DNA of 64,000 nucleotides from NCBI GenBank assembly GCA_050084515.1, contig CM114271.1, positions 45,818,001-45,882,000 of the forward strand. Reading direction: 5' to 3'. The notes beneath the pieces were generated by a model. It was not told where the DNA came from. It was given only the letters and a program-made list of their open reading frames with translations, and searched no databases. Shown piece by piece: positions 1-15,100 of the stretch. The DNA is from Blasia pusilla (lineage: Eukaryota). The position numbers and the translations under genes were made by a program. How positions within the stretch are numbered: position 1 is the first letter of the stretch; every line of letters begins with the position of its first letter.

Positions 1-48
1 AGGTTCAAGTTAATACTATTTTAGCATTATTGATAACTATCCAAATGA

Positions 49-351
49 TATTGAAGATTGAGTTATAGTCGAGCTTATTGGAATGCTACATTTGGTAGTC
101 CCACAAAGTAGGAAAGTTTAATCTTGGTTAGTTAGTTAAGCACGATTATATTAACTAGGGTTAGTTAATCACAATTAGTCTAACTTGAGACTGTTAGGAT
201 TAGGATTATGATTGCTTGTACATACCCTATAAAATTGACAAGGGGACCGGCCTCCACTTATTCTCTCCTCCTAAAATTTTGTTCTCCATGGTGGTGTGTG
301 AGTGTGAGAGTCGTATCCTACCAATTATGCTTCTTTAGTAATTTTTCTACA
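49..351 (+). repeat. Copia 5' LTR
   Basis: Diverged direct repeat of 4231-4543, TATTGAAG...TTCTACA, followed by the PBS. Confidence 0.9.
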
Positions 352-3300
352 TGATATTAGAGCGATATGAGAACATCAATTGAAATTCTGGATGTTTGAA
401 GAGGGAACAAAGGAAAAAGAATGTACAATTCCAATTTAGAAGAAGGAATTTTCATTAAGAGCTCAATGGCAGAAGATTTCAAATAGAGTTTTGACCGTGA
501 CAAAACTTTGGAGGTACTTTTAGAGTTTTCCCGATCAATTTACGTATCTGGTCCGCATTGGTCAAATCGACGTTGAAGGTTAGTTTTGACCTTCTTGTAG
601 ATCTTATCAAGAACTTTCCAACGCATCCCAAATCGCTCAACTCTGACATCATGAGCTCTTGCAATAGCAATTTCAATGTAGGAAAGTACAATTAGCGAAG
701 GAGAGTTGTGCAATTTGTTCTCTATAGGCCAATTCCGACTAGTGCTTCCATACATTTGATCAATTTTGGAAAATTTCAAGTCAATTTCTTATTAGGAGTG
801 GTCTATGCTACAATTGGAACACTGTAGAACTCGAAATTATATATTTTTGAGTAAAATCATTTTTCATGGAGTATTCCTGAACAAGAATCATAGATGAGAA
901 GCTAAATAAGCAGAATTATAATGTCTGGAAGTTTCATATGAAACAATTTATCATGGATCAAGAACTTCGAAAGCTTGCTACAAACGATGAGGCCATACCA
1001 AAAGGTGACCTAACAGACTTGAATGTTCGCGTTGGAACAAACGCGTAAGACAAGTAATCCACTCTATTTCAATAACGATCAGTTCGCCAATGATTGGTCA
1101 CATTCAAGATGTTGATACTCTGAAGGAGACCTGGGATGCATTGGAAAAGCTATTCCACATATCTACAAAGGCTAGAAAGCTTAAATTGAACAAAAAATTG
1201 AACGAAGTGAATAAAGGATCGCAAAGCATCAATTACTATGTTTTGAGGATAAAACATGTTGTTGATCAGATGAATAGCATTGGACTGACACTAGAAGATG
1301 ATGATTTGATTTTGTTCACTCTTCAAAGTCTTCAAAAGGATTACAAGTCTTTTGAGACCTCTATCTTTGTGAGAGAAAAATATCCAACCTTGTAAGAGTT
1401 AGTCCTAGTGTTAATTAGTGAAGAGATGCACCTAGTAGGTAGTGTAACTCATCTAATATGCAAGAGGGTGCACTATTTGCAAGTAATGGATCAAATAGAG
1501 GTAGAGATCGTGGTAGAAGCTTTCGTGGTCGTGGTGGATATCAAGTATTTGGAGAAACAGACACTCAATATAACTTCACTCAATCAACTACGACCCAATA
1601 TCAGATATAATCACAATGTGATGATGGTGGAAATTGTTGGGATCGAGGTGAGCAGTAGAGGATCCCTGGATCTTGCAATTACTATGGGATAAAAGATCAC
1701 TATGTAAAGTTTTGCTTCAAGAAGAAGGTAGATATGAGAATAAGAGTCTTACAAGAACAAAACTATGTGGAACAACAACACCAAGGGCAATATTAAAAAC
1801 AATAATATTTACAAACTCAGCATCTATTGGTCATGACTCGTCATATGGAAGCAATGATCAAGAAAGACTCGACAATAGATTGGTAGATCGATTCTGGTGC
1901 ATCAAATCATGTGATCTCATAAGCTAAATGATTCAGGAGTATGGAGCCGGTGAAAGATAATGCAATAGTGCTTATAGAAGATGATACTCAACATCATATC
2001 ACGCAAATCGATAAAATTCCAATTGCATCATATGGTTTTTTTTACTCTTGGAAATATTCTCTATATTCCTACCATTGCAAAAATCTTAATTAATCTTTGT
2101 AAGACCGATATTAGAATAGGGTTATCAAGTGAAGTTTAAAATAGATAATTGTTTCATTGAAATAATTATCTTTGATTATTCATTGAAATAATGAATAATC
2201 ATACTATGATAGCTAAAGGAACTAGATTTGGCAAAATGCTCAAATTAGATGTTTCTATGCTAGATATTCAAATAATAATTTACTGTTAAACTGACCAACA
2301 AGTCATAGATATAAGTGTGTGGCATAAGAGAATTGGGCACATGAATCTTTCATTATCTAATATAGTAATAAGACTTCCTAAATTAGTGAGTCCTACTTTG
2401 TTAGAGGTATGCATGATTTTCCAATTTGCAAAACAAGCTAGATTTTCATTTCCAAAACAAGGTAGAAGACCATCCAAGATATTGAAGTTGATTAACAGTG
2501 ATGTGTGGACAACATCATAACATAGCCGTAGTGGTTGCCAGTACTTTGTTTCATTAAGTGATGAGTTCTCTAGGTCTATATGGGAATACTTTGTGAAAGC
2601 CAAGTCAGAGGTTATATTCTCAATGTTCCAAACATTTAGAATTGTGGTAGAGAGGCAAACTAGAGAACACATTCTCAAATTGTGTTGTGATGGAGGAGGA
2701 GAGTATTTTTTAACAGAGTTTGATGAATAGATTGAAGCTATGGAGGAAGAGTTTGTTGCATTAAGACATTAACGGACTTGGGAGCTAGTTGATATACCTT
2801 CCGATAAGGAAGCTATTGGTTGCAAATGGGTTTACAAAGTCAAGCGTAATCAAGATGGTACAATGAACAGATACAAAGCCAAATTAGTAGCCAAGGGCTA
2901 CACACAAGAATTTGGCATTGATTATGAGGGAACATTTAGCCCTGTTGCAAAGATGACGACTATGAGAATAGTGGTTGCACTTGCACTAAATAAGAAGTGG
3001 AGATTACATTATAGGGACGTCAAGAATGCCTTCTTGAATGAATATGTATATGAGGAGGTATATATGACTCAACTACATGGATATGAGCATATAGAGTTTC
3101 CATTCTACATATGCAAGTTAAAGAAAGCTTTAAGTAGGCTCAAACAAGCTCCAAGAGTTTGGTAGGGCAAGATTACATGCGTCCTACAAGAGTTGGACTT
3201 TAGGCTATGTGATTCGGACTGCTCGTTATTTGTCTTGAGAGGAAAAGACCATACGATTATTATTGTGTTGTATGTTGAGGACCTCTTGATTAGTGGGAGT

Positions 3301-4230
3301 ATTGAGGATATGGTACAATAAGTCAAGCTAAAGTTACAGGCAGAATTTGATATGAAGGACTTGGAAAAACGCAAGTCCTCCCTTAGTGTTGAGTTTATCA
3401 GAGTTGGAGAGAGCATGTGGTTATTACAATGAAAATATGCTCTTCATATGCTTTCAAAATATGGTATGACAACTTATAAGCCAATCTCTACACCATTGGA
3501 CCACAATGTGAAGCTATGAGTGGATGAAGGAGAGTTGATTGCAAATTCTAATATTGTACATGCGCATGGTTGGAAGTTTCATCTATCTGACCATAACCAT
3601 GCCAGATTTGAGCTATGCAGTTTTTCTAGTGAGCCAATTTATGCAAGCATCTCCAAAACATGACTTTGATATTGTGAGGAGGATTATGCAATATGTAAAA
3701 TTCTCTATTCAATTTGGGCTTCAATTTGAACCTTCTTTTAATTTATGATAACAGAGATTTACATATATTGATTGGGCAAGAAGCGTGTCTGATTGACTTT
3801 CCACATTTGGCTATTAATTTATCTTGGGAAACGCAACTATAAGTTGGGCTTTAAAGAAGCAACTTACACTTGCTTTGTCTTCAACACATGCTAAATACAT
3901 AGGAGCAACCAATGTAGCATGTAAGGCGTATGGCTTCATCGATTTTTTGTTGAGATTGGTGTTAGTAACTTAGGACCTAGTGTAATATATGCAGACAATA
4001 TTAAGCTTCAAGCTTGCTAATAACCTTGTGTCTCATACTCGAACAAAGCATGTTGAAATGAAATATCACTTTATCAAAGAGAAAGTGCTTGCAAGAGAAT
4101 TTTCTCTTGAGTATCTAGATACAAATAAGCAAATTGATGATATCTTTACAAAGACATTTTCTAGAGATAAGTTTGAAATATTTAGAAATAATTTAGATAT
4201 TAGAGATATTGATATGAGTTTTAGGGGAAG

Positions 4231-4543
4231 TATTGAAGATTGAGTTATACTCAAGCTCATCAGACATCTGGATTGTTACGTTTGGTACTCACACGAAATA
4301 AGAAAGTTTAATCTTGATTAGTTAGTTAAGCACAATTATCTTAAATATGACTAGTTTATCATAGTTAGTCTAACTCGAGACTATGGTTAGGGTTAGGCTT
4401 TGGGTTGCTTGTACATACCTTATATAATTGAGAAGGCGATCAACCTCCACTCATTCTCTCTTTAAAAAATTTTGTTTTCCATAGTGGTGTGTGAGTGTGA
4501 GAATTGTTTCCCACTAGTTAAGCTTCTTTAACAATTTTCTACA
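4231..4543 (+). repeat. Copia 3' LTR
   Basis: Preceded by the PPT and followed by TSD AATGA. Confidence 0.9.
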
Positions 4544-5320
4544 AATGACACAACTATAGCTAATGAAGTTTCACGTCTTCAATTAGTAATTGACGTATGA
4601 AATTTGATATAGCTCACTTGTCTCACTTCGTACCAACCTCTATGTGCTTAGATGCGATTCTGAATTGCGTCCCTGATGCTCAAGCATTTCATTGACATAT
4701 TTTGTAGGCATTAATTTCTTACGACATCTTAGTTGGGTATGGACCGACTACGCCCCATTTTTTTGAGCTTATTATATCATGGTCAATTAAGGATGGTGCG
4801 AACCTACAACTTTTTCATGCATCACCAGTGGTCATGCTTGAAGACAATTATACTAAGTTCAACATGCATGAGTCTGTCGTATTACTAGTTGTCTATTATA
4901 TCTACTCACCATTTTTTCATGTTTCCAGATCCATCCAACTTCTTTCTCTGGATCTCAATATATCAAGGAATTTACAACCCCTTGTTGGTTCGATGTATTC
5001 TTTTTGACTTCTTGTAGAATAAATGTAATCAGAGGTTTCTATAAGAGTCTTCAAGCAACTAATTTTGCTTAACTCTCAATTCATTGACGAATCCTCCCAC
5101 TATTTTTATGTGGATCTTTGTTATCCTTATGTTGAATTGAACATAGGGTGCATTAGCTATCTATTTATGGGACTGCACTCTTTGCAAATTCATTATAAAT
5201 GACTCTATAGAGTCGCCTTCTTTTCACTATATCGCACCACATGTACATTGAACAAGCTCAAAATCACAAAAACACCCTTCCCTACACCGTTTATATACTA
5301 CGCGTCATTGCTTTGTGATG

Positions 5321-5688
5321 AGCCCATTGTGCATTGATAATCAATAATTCACCATGTACCTAGTCTTTTTTTTATTCTTTCATCCGCTGTGCCGATAATT
5401 CTAAATTCCAATTCCTTTTTGTCTATTTTGCTATTCTAGTTGAAGGCTAATAATTCACTAGTCAAGTATTAGTGGGACCGCTTACTTGTTGTGTGAGCCC
5501 AACATCATCACTTATGTTAATTTTAGCATTCTCACTAGTAGTGAGCTACACCCTAACTAGGCCGTAATCCCACATGGTCCCTCCATAAGTACGGTGTTTG
5601 GGGTTTAAACCCAGAATAAACCTGCGGGGTTAGTAGTGGGACCCTAAGTTTATTTTGTCCATAAGAAGCAGCTATCGATTTAGGGTTT
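5321..5688 (+). promoter_or_regulatory. eIF4E promoter motifs: site II/TCP elements plus telo-box
   Basis: AGCCCA at 5321 and 5496, GTGGGACC at 5472 and 5636, TAGGGTTT (reverse telo-box) at 5681-5688. This combination is typical of plant translation-machinery promoters, but the motifs are short. Confidence 0.5.
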
Positions 5689-5919
5689 GTGATGACTCTG
5701 TTCGAGCTCTCCTGTGTTCGTCGTTGCAGTAGAGCGTCGATAATGCTCTGAAAGCTGAGCTTGCCTTGCAAGAAGTGATCTACAGGAAGAGCGGAGACGG
5801 TCAGAATTCAGTTACGTCCATATTGTACAGACTTGTTCGTCGGTTGTTTCTTTGCGTCGCGGAACAGGACTCGCGGTTGATTCCAGAAGAACAGGAGGAG
5901 CGGGCGCGCTAGGGTGAAG

Positions 5920-8709
5920 ATGGCAGAAATTGAGAAAGCCCCTCCAGTAGCAGACGCATCGGTTTCCGAGATGGAGAACAAGGAGACGGAGGAAGGAGAA
6001 ATTGTCAGCACAGAGGCTCCGGCTCCAGAGAAGGGTTTGGATCTGAAGAAACACCCTTTGGAGCATGCGTGGACGTTCTGGTTTGATAACCCGAATGGAA
6101 AGTCAAAGCAGGCAACCTGGGGCAGCTCTTTGCGACCGGTGTACACTTTTGCGACTGTAGAGGACTTCTGGTGGTAAGTGTGTAATCTGTTCGTAAAGCG
6201 TTTGTGATTGCGACTGTGATCGTTGGTCTTGTTTCGATTTTACGCTTGAATTGTGCCCTTCATTCATGCTCCGGTCTCTGAGAGGTTGGGAAACTGATCA
6301 TTGTGTTGTAATGTGCATGTGTAGCTTGTACAATAATGTATTACAACCGAGCCATCTGATTCCCGGAGCCGACTTCCACTGTTTCAAGGATGGAATTGAA
6401 CCTAAGTGGGAGGATCCCAAGTGTGCCCAGGGAGGAAAATGGAGTACCAGTACTCCAAGGGGGACCAACAACAAGTTAACTCTTGACCAGTTTTGGCTCC
6501 ACACTGTAAGCGAATCGTACAAGATCAATTGTGAATGCGTGACGTAGATAGGGTTGGGGTTTGTGAGAGAATAACTGATAGGGTTAGTCGTTCACGAGGA
6601 TCCCAAGCGACTAGGGAAAACATTTGCCACAAATGACGGTTGATTCGGAGTGCAAGCCTGGAGCAGGAGAGGATTTTGCCTTCTCTGACTTCGAATAGTG
6701 TGACGAATCCTTTCTATTCTGGCAGACCTGGAGATGAGCTCTTTCGGTGCAAAATGTTCATCTGACTGGCCATGGGTTAGTGCGTGGAACCGATTGGGGA
6801 TTTATATGGCATGTCGTACTGTCTGCAGGAAATCACTTAGGCGGGTAGAGATGTCTGCTAGGATTCTAGCAGCTTCAATTGCACCGAGTCCTTGATGTTG
6901 CAAAGCTTGTCATGCGATCGAGTGTGCAAATAGTCCTTCGCCCCGGAGAAATAACAGTTGATCCTCTAAATGCGTGAACGGAATTTATTTTTAGGGTCGC
7001 ACTCACCTGGCTTAACAATTGCAAGAGCTTTTATTACGGGTAGCATCGTGAGGCTGTGCCACGTATCAATTTCACTCTTTCTCTTATCCAATGGTTGTGG
7101 ATTAACCGAACCTATAGACTGATTTGTGGAATTAACTTGCAGTTTATCATCCAGATTAGCTACACGTCCTTTTGTAGGTTCAGAGTTGACACCTTTTGAG
7201 CTGCTGGCCATCGGTATGTGGACAGCTGCGTCTGCACTTGTACCTACAGTCCGGAAGTTACTTCGAGCCTGTAGGGTAGGGTGTAAGTAGGGGCTCCTCG
7301 GTGGGATCCCCTTACCACAACTTCATATCTCGCTGAGCTTCTCTGATAATAAGAGAGAGGTGGGGTCTGTTGGAAAGAAGGGATCGGCATTTAAGATTCA
7401 CTTGTGTGCTGGAGGAATCTAAGTTCAGGTAGGAACCAGTGTTACTAATGTGCAAGGGGTTTCTAGCATATTCTATGATGCTTTCCTATCTGGGTTCTCA
7501 CAGTTCTGTGATTGTAACAGTGTCAAAGAGACGAGACTCTGACTTGTCCTCTAATGTTGCAGCTTTTGGCCATGATCGGTGAGCAGTTTGACGAGTACGA
7601 TGAAATTTGTGGTGCTGTTGTCAGTGTGCGTGCTCGCCAGGATAAGATAGCTTTGTGGACGAAGACAGCAACAAACGAAGCTGCCCAGGTGAGCATTTCT
7701 GTAGAACTTGATGTTATACTACGCAAAGGTGCGTCCACAAGCCTCTTGTGAGCTTGGTTTTGACTGACTGCTGCCTGCCAAGTTCTCAGACCACGTGAAA
7801 CTGGTTTGGTGGAAATCGACCCACCAGTTAAGGAGCCACTACTCATTCTCAGTGGCTTTGGAACTGTCCTGTTGGAAACATTAGGTGGTGTATTTTTTAA
7901 AAGCTTTCTTAGCCTTATCTAAATAAGATCAAAATTCTGGAACTTAGTTGTGAATAGATTCTCTGAAACATAAGAAAGCATTGGAGACAAGGCCGCATAT
8001 CCAGGAAGAGAACATTTCGCAGAGGTGGTCATAGCCTAAGATGTAATATGGATGCTTGGGTTCATAGTAGCAGGCCTTGTGGTGAGGTCATCATGGGCCA
8101 GGACTCATGATCCTGAAAGATGCATGGATGATTGCTGCATGAGTGTTTGAATTTCCCCAGTTATGCTGAGTTCTTGAAGTAGGAAGGCAGCTTCCTGGTT
8201 GTTCACAATCTAAATAGTACTACTTTGATGTACAGACGAGTATTGGGAAGCAGTGGAAAGCTGTGCTGGATACAAGTGACAAAATAGGCTATCTTGTGCA
8301 TGTAAGTATCATGCAAACCTGTAGTGGAAGTTTTCAAAACTGTAGTAGAAGTATCACTGGAAATTCAGCTTGAAGAAGTAAATCTTGCATGGAGCAAACA
8401 AAGGAGTAAGGCTCATGAGGGACAAAATTGCCATTGAGGTTTTAACTGTGGGGGAGCAAGAATATGTTACTCAGAGTGTACACCCACACATCATAGACTA
8501 TTTTTCTGATTTCTGCGTTTAGTGTCAGGTAAATCTTTTACGTCATCTCTGTGTGGTTTATTTCCATGGGTTGATTGTGGAGGATGAAATTGCTTACAAT
8601 TGCATCCACTTAATGGTTTTAAATTGATGAGAGGTTGTGTGTTCAATGTTGCTTGCAGGACGATGCCAAGCGGTTAGATAAGAATGCAAAGAACAAATAT
8701 ACAGTGTAA
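5920..8709 (+). CDS. eIF4E: Translation initiation factor 4E (cap-binding protein), 5 exons: 5920-6173, 6325-6505, 7563-7688, 8236-8301, 8659-8709; 225 aa
   Basis: Motifs [58 protein letters not shown]. All introns are GT-AG and the phases join into one open frame. Confidence 0.96.
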
Positions 8710-11700
8710 GAGATACAGATACTTCGTATATGTGACATCAAATAATTATAGGTTTTCAGTAGTAGCAGGATATCATTTCCTTCCTGAGTTCATACAGTTT
8801 AGAGCTGTTGCATTTTTGCCATGTCATTACAAGCGGTGCTATAGCTATCAATACTTGGGGTGACTTGAAGCTAGTTGGATGGGTGTTCCTTGTATCAAAT
8901 AAACAGTTGAATTGATACTTGGAATTAGTTCGATGTATTACCTTCGTAAGATCAGAGAAATTCTGAAAGTCACCGACAGCTGTAGAAGGCTTATGCCATT
9001 CTGGTGAAGTTGCCACTGGTTTTGCAGTTACTGCTTTTTGAGATTTCGTACCCTTGTCAGAGCACAGAGGTTTGTAACCATATTCCTCCAGTGTGACATT
9101 TTGTTCACTTTACCCAGCTGAGAGTGGGGCTGGCACTATGATCACCTTTCCTCAGACTCCCAAGGAGTACAAAGCGTCTTTTCACATGAATATCTTTGCG
9201 TTTCCATCCACCTTTTTTTCCAGCAGTTATCTACTTGAATGACCAGATATGAAAGAGGGATTTTCTCACACCTACTTACATATTGACCCTTTCACCCACT
9301 TTAAAGTGGGTGGAAACTTTAATGACTTGGGAGTCTGCCATTTTCTGCTTTCCAAAGATATTACGAAAACTTAGTGCATGTCAGATCCTATAACGATTCA
9401 TAAGAATTTGTGGCTGAGGAATGGACGTGACTTTTCATTCCCCATCAACTAAAGGTAATTTGTTTCACCTGTACAGTCAACTAAAAGCAATTCATACTCC
9501 CAATTTTATAATACGCAATCTGAAATCTTCAAGGTAGTCTACCCTTCATCTTGAAAGGTCGTTAAATGTAACTATTTCTATTTAGACAGGAAAGAATTTG
9601 TGTTGCTTCGACTCGTTTTGCGGAAGAATCCGAAGTAATGGAAGTTGGTATCTAAAACTTCATGGAAAACTTCAAAATATTTAAGCCTTTTGTTATTGGC
9701 AGATAGTACGGATGAATGTTTAGGGAATATCTTTGGTGGATGTACGGAGGTAGATAACACAGCAGAAGGCTTCAGAAATAGGAATGTGAAGTAAGTTTCT
9801 AAATGATTTCCTGTCTGAAACTTTCATTGTCCGAAATTTCTGGTGTGGACTCGATACACATTTTGGTGCGCCTAACAAACGTAGCATTTGTGTTATTTCG
9901 CATGATTGTTGTAATTTCAGAACTTTCCACGAAAAATTAATGTGGAGACTAGTATATATCAATTTCATACCCGTGTGAAGGACTGAAATGGTTTTTCCTT
10001 TTCCATACTCCACACCCAAAAAAAATAATTAGAAGGGGTCTCAACCTCTCCTTTAAAGGTTACCAAGCACTAAACTCCTCATAGAGAATGGTATTTTAGG
10101 GTACGAACATTTCTTATTCTTTCACTGCTTTGGGAGAACTAAATAGTTTCTCGTGATCACTCCTCTCTTCAGGAATCATATTCATCTTTTGCGAAGGGCA
10201 ATCTAAAAACCTAAACAATAAGTGAATTACTATTTTGTCTTAATGTATATGTCGTATTGACAATACCAAAATAGGTAGCAGGAAAACAGACGATGCCAAG
10301 TTGTAAGTAAATAATACTGGTTGGTGGATGATCAAATACAGATTATGTCACATTTCATGCTTTGATGTAAAGTCTCTTTAATTTGTGCATCTTATGCAAA
10401 GATCCTCTGACCAAACTCGAGCAACCTCAATGTGCCATGAGGTAGTCTCCATACATTGGGGGAGCTTCTTCATGTTGCCACCTCATCTACTTACTCTCAT
10501 GGTTATGCAACCATTGTAAACTCTATCTTTTTTAATTACTAAGTATAAGGGTAAGCACTAGAAGTCTCTACTCGGATTCATGGTCACAAGCTAATTGCCC
10601 TATATGTACAAGACTTTTTATTTGTGTGCCGCGTATACTTTATATTGCATCGTTGCCATGTCTAAACATAATGGTATAAGCATCTCTTTTGAGAATACAC
10701 TTTTAGTGTCCATTTGAGTGATGGATGCAACACTATTAGTTTTAATTATGTTAAAAGTATAATTTTTTTCTTCAATCTTCAATTCTTATTGCGTATCATG
10801 GTATGATTAGGCCCTTGGCGCTTGAATAGAATTTTATTCCACGTTTGGATGATATATGTCATCCAATGAAAATAGGAGAAATCAAGACTTTGTAGAATAA
10901 ATAATATGAAGACACTAAATATAATCCATTATAGTGGATGCATATAGAAAGACTCATCTTAACAGGTATCATGAAAAGATCTTTCAAAATATGATCCTCT
11001 TATAAAGGATCATCAAGATCCCTTGCAAAGGATCTTTATGTGTATATGGATCCCTAGCAAAATATCTTCGTGAAAAAACAAACCATTCTAAACCATATGC
11101 TATGGGGTTGTCACACTAGTTCAATAATCATTAGTTCAAAATACTAGTTCATTTGCACTCATGGTGTAAAAGAAAGAAAGAAAAATCCCTCTATCTTATA
11201 TTTCAAAAGGTTTGATATCCCTTCTCCATTCTCCCTTTCAAATCCATTCCTTGCTTTAAAAACTAATCCACATCTTTCTTTGGAAAACCCTCGTTTGTTT
11301 TCTTCTCATTTATCTTATTTGGGAAAACTATTCCCTGACCCCCATCTCATTATTTGGGAAAAAGAAAACATCATATCCTCCCTCCTCCTTCATATTAAAA
11401 TTTTAGTGTTTTATGTTTTTTGGTAAAAAATCCCTCAAAATTTGAAAAAAAAACCTAGCATGCTTCATTTCCTAATTCTCTTTTTGAGGAAAAAACCTCA
11501 TTGGCATAGTAATTCCCTTCCTTCCAAAATTTTCTCCTTAGCTTGAAAGCCCACTTTATGACTTTATTTTTCAAAAAATCTGGAAATCTCTCTTCCTCAC
11601 CTCCTTATTTGTAGAAAATGATCATATTATTGCTCATTTTGAAAAAAATAAAATCATAGCTCTTTCCATACTCCTCTCCCTAAACCCTTTCCCCCATTTA

Positions 11701-12188
11701 AAAATCCCACCCTCATATCCCTTCATTCGTTCATGAAATCTTCCGCCCACCTCATGTCCCATTCCCCTTTAAAAACATCAATGAATTGAAAATCAATGCT
11801 TCTCTTTTTATTTCTAGTCATCACAAAGACTCTTTTGTCAAAAAAAAGTCACCTCTCTCCACCATCCCTTGCTCTCTTTCTTATCTATATTATATTATAA
11901 ATAGATGACAAGTTTTGCGAAATTCTCTGAGCTTGATGCATGACGGTGGGATAATGACATGATTTTTTCACAATATTGGCAAATAGAAAATATATTTATG
12001 GGAAGTTGGAATGTTAACTCCTTGCATAGCATAATCTTTAAAAAGATTTAGTAAAAAAATTCTTCCCAAAAATTTTTTAGTAGAAAATATATTATTCCCT
12101 CTGTCATTTCCTTCATTAGTAATGTTGGAATAAAGTAATTTGTCCTAAATCTTGAAATCTGATTCTTCTTATATTTCGTTCATGAAGT

Positions 12189-15100
12189 CTAAAACCATTT
12201 TTTTCTTGGATCTAGTATCAAACATAACGTTCTCTCTCTCGAACATAGATCCTCTCCATTGTCCTCTGATTTCATTGTCAAATTCACATTAGAGATCACC
12301 ATTTCAATATCAATCCATTGCACATCTATTGCATCATAACTGAACAAGGTTTTGGTGTTACCATGGCCGAAAGACTTGTACCAATTACACATAATACGAC
12401 AAATGCTTCCCTTTTGTCCAGGAGGAGGTACAAGCATGTTTAACAAGTCCAAGGCACGATTTTGACCAATGTGAACGATTCTTTTGAATCATAAACACAT
12501 TACGCCCCAACCAATACTCTTTTTGTAACTCCTGCCTCTACTCCAAGTAAGGCATGCAAACACATGCCTTACTTCATGTCCTATTACCTCCATCTCAATG
12601 GATTTCGCATCAATGTCAATATCTATCTCTCCGTTATCTATTACGAAAGGCACATTGATATCACAACTTTCCTCTACAACCGAAGAATCAATATGGTTCA
12701 AATCTTCCCCAGGGTCCTCAAACTCCAAAAACTCCCCAGTTGGCTGCTAATATATTGGAGATACTATTGTGGATCGGTTACCTTAATGTTCTTCAACATC
12801 ATCACATGACACTACTTCCCTTATTGAAGCTGAATGAGGCCATGTCTCGGCCTCTACATCCCATGGATGCATCAACCACCTTCTCTTTGCAATTGGCAAG
12901 GAACTCCTTGGAGACATGTTCAACAACCTCAAAAGCTCTTTTGTTGCATCCAACCCTTCTTTAAGAGCATCAACAACCAACTCATTAGTCCCAACCAATG
13001 AATAATCAAATAGATTCGGAGCCTGGTCTCCTTCACCAAGAGGATGCAGTTTTGCCCAAATATGATCTTGCTTATGATGTGAACGACGTATCTTTAATCC
13101 TTCTGGTCCATACTCTAGGCCAGCCACTCGATTCACTTCTACTACACTATCTAGTAGAGATCCAAAGTCATGGTTTCTTTCATGACCACTCATGCCACCT
13201 ACCTTGCTAAAAAAAATCTCACAACAATCAGATCCTAGCAAGTGAAATGGAACTTGAAGATATGGAAACTTGTCTCGAAATGCAAAAACTAAGAGGACAA
13301 TGAAATGGCAAGACATGTTGATATCATGGAAAGCTTGAATAGAGATCATATTTTCTTCTGTGACACATCATGTATTCCCTTTCACAGACTGGTCACCGTA
13401 CCTCAACCATAGCCTCCACAAACGGAGAAACCAAGATACCTTAGATGCCAATACTATACGAGTTCTCAAGTCATGCTTCACAGAGAAGAAAATGTCGATG
13501 TAATCTGCACAAATCTCAAGGTACAACTTAGTCCCAAAGCTTCTACATGTCGAACATCTTGCCGCTCAAACATGTGGTGTAGGCAGGCTTAGACTCTCCT
13601 AGATGCTATCCGTTGTGGGCAAGCCTAGTTATGTCTTTTGGTCCTATTCACATGATCCCAGTTCAAGCCATGCTCCTCAATTTTATAATGGTTATAAATT
13701 AATGTCACGTAGGACAATGATGCATGTTGGTCACCAAGTACTAACATGGCAACACATCTGTCCAATGGGTTAATAGCCTTTTTCCCATTGTGGATCTTGG
13801 TCTCCAAAGCCATACAAGTCTCCATTTGGAAGAATGGACACAAAATACTGCCACCCTTCCCACCCTACTTTATACCTTGGAAAAGAACCATTCATACCAG
13901 TATAATCTTCCATCATTAATTTCCTACGACGAACATCACCATCACTAGCATGCCCCAATAAAGGACCAACATTGGCTGTGCGATATTCATCCCACATGGA
14001 TTTCAGCTGCACCCAATGTTCCCTCACCCAATCTGCTTTGAATCGATTACAAGTTGCGGTGGCACAGAGCGCCAATTTTGGCATTTTGTCATGCAAAGGA
14101 TTCACAATTACTACTCTAGCATACATACCTTTCACATATTTCTCAAAAGTACTCACAATTTTATCATACCCTTCATTACCTTCCCCAACAAGTACTTCCA
14201 AGCCAAAAGAGCATGTATGTTCTTCCGAGGGACCACAAAAACCAATAAGCGTGTCATATTTAGCCTCCCATCTATCACAACAGCAGTATCAAGTTAGAAC
14301 ATAAGCCCAATGGAAAACAATAAACATGACATATAAATGTGCAAAGTAATATAATCATTATGTTAGTGCATACCAATACATATATCAAGGCCAACTTTCT
14401 CCAGAGATTCAAACACACCTTGGCCTTTCTTTTATCCTTGTTTCATCCTCAATTAACATTAGAGGCACATCTCCCTCGATTCAAAGTGGTTGTTTTGATG
14501 CAAATAGTACTTGGGAGACCTCTTGAAATATCTCTTTTTGTAGCCCAACTCTAAAGGGTGGTAGTTTTGCTTTGTCACGTTTCAAGGTCTTCAGACCTGG
14601 CCCTCCCAAGTTTTCCTGAAAGCAGTGAGCAACTTGTCGGCCACCAATTTGGAACATGGCTTGGGAAAAGGCTTTGGTTCTCTTATTGTAACGATAACCA
14701 TTGGCCACTCTCTGCAAATTCTTAGCCACATCTTTCAAGAAATCCCACAACCCCTCCTTACCACCAAATGCCCCATCCCTATGTCCATTTACTACGTTCC
14801 TAAGAAATAGTCTCAAATCTTTCCTATCTGCAACTACTCCTAACATGTCTTCTAGCTTCTTTCGCCTAATACTCAAGGCACAAATCCTTTGTGATTGTTG
14901 TGCCAAAAGCCAACGTTGTCTCCTAAATTGAGTGTTCAATTTTTCCACATGCTCCCTCAACTGTGTCTTGGTCAAGTACTTCATGGCCATCCCTCTTTGA
15001 GTTGTCTTGCCTCCTCTATGCACTAAAGCTTCCGCTTCCCTGTGCACCCGACCACGAAAATCGTCCTCCCGCTTAATGGAGTCACAATGACTACAAGTGA

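Larger units (their letters stand above)
49..4543 (+). mobile_element. Ty1/Copia LTR retrotransposon, full-length but decayed, with an internal deletion
   Basis: LTRs at 49-351 and 4231-4543; 5-bp TSD AATGA at 44-48 and 4544-4548; degenerate Met-tRNA PBS TGATATTAGAGC at 352; PPT TTAGGGGAAG at 4221-4230. Domain order is gag, protease (IDSGASNH ~1885), pre-integrase WHKRIGH, integrase, RT (RYKAKLVAKGYTQEFGIDY), RNase H (HTRTKHVEMKYHFIKEKV). Confidence 0.95.

Noticed and set aside
10380-12180. Termini (TIRs) of the P-like element; GGATC-rich short repeats near 10975-11070
   Set aside because: No convincing inverted partner or TSD found by eye.
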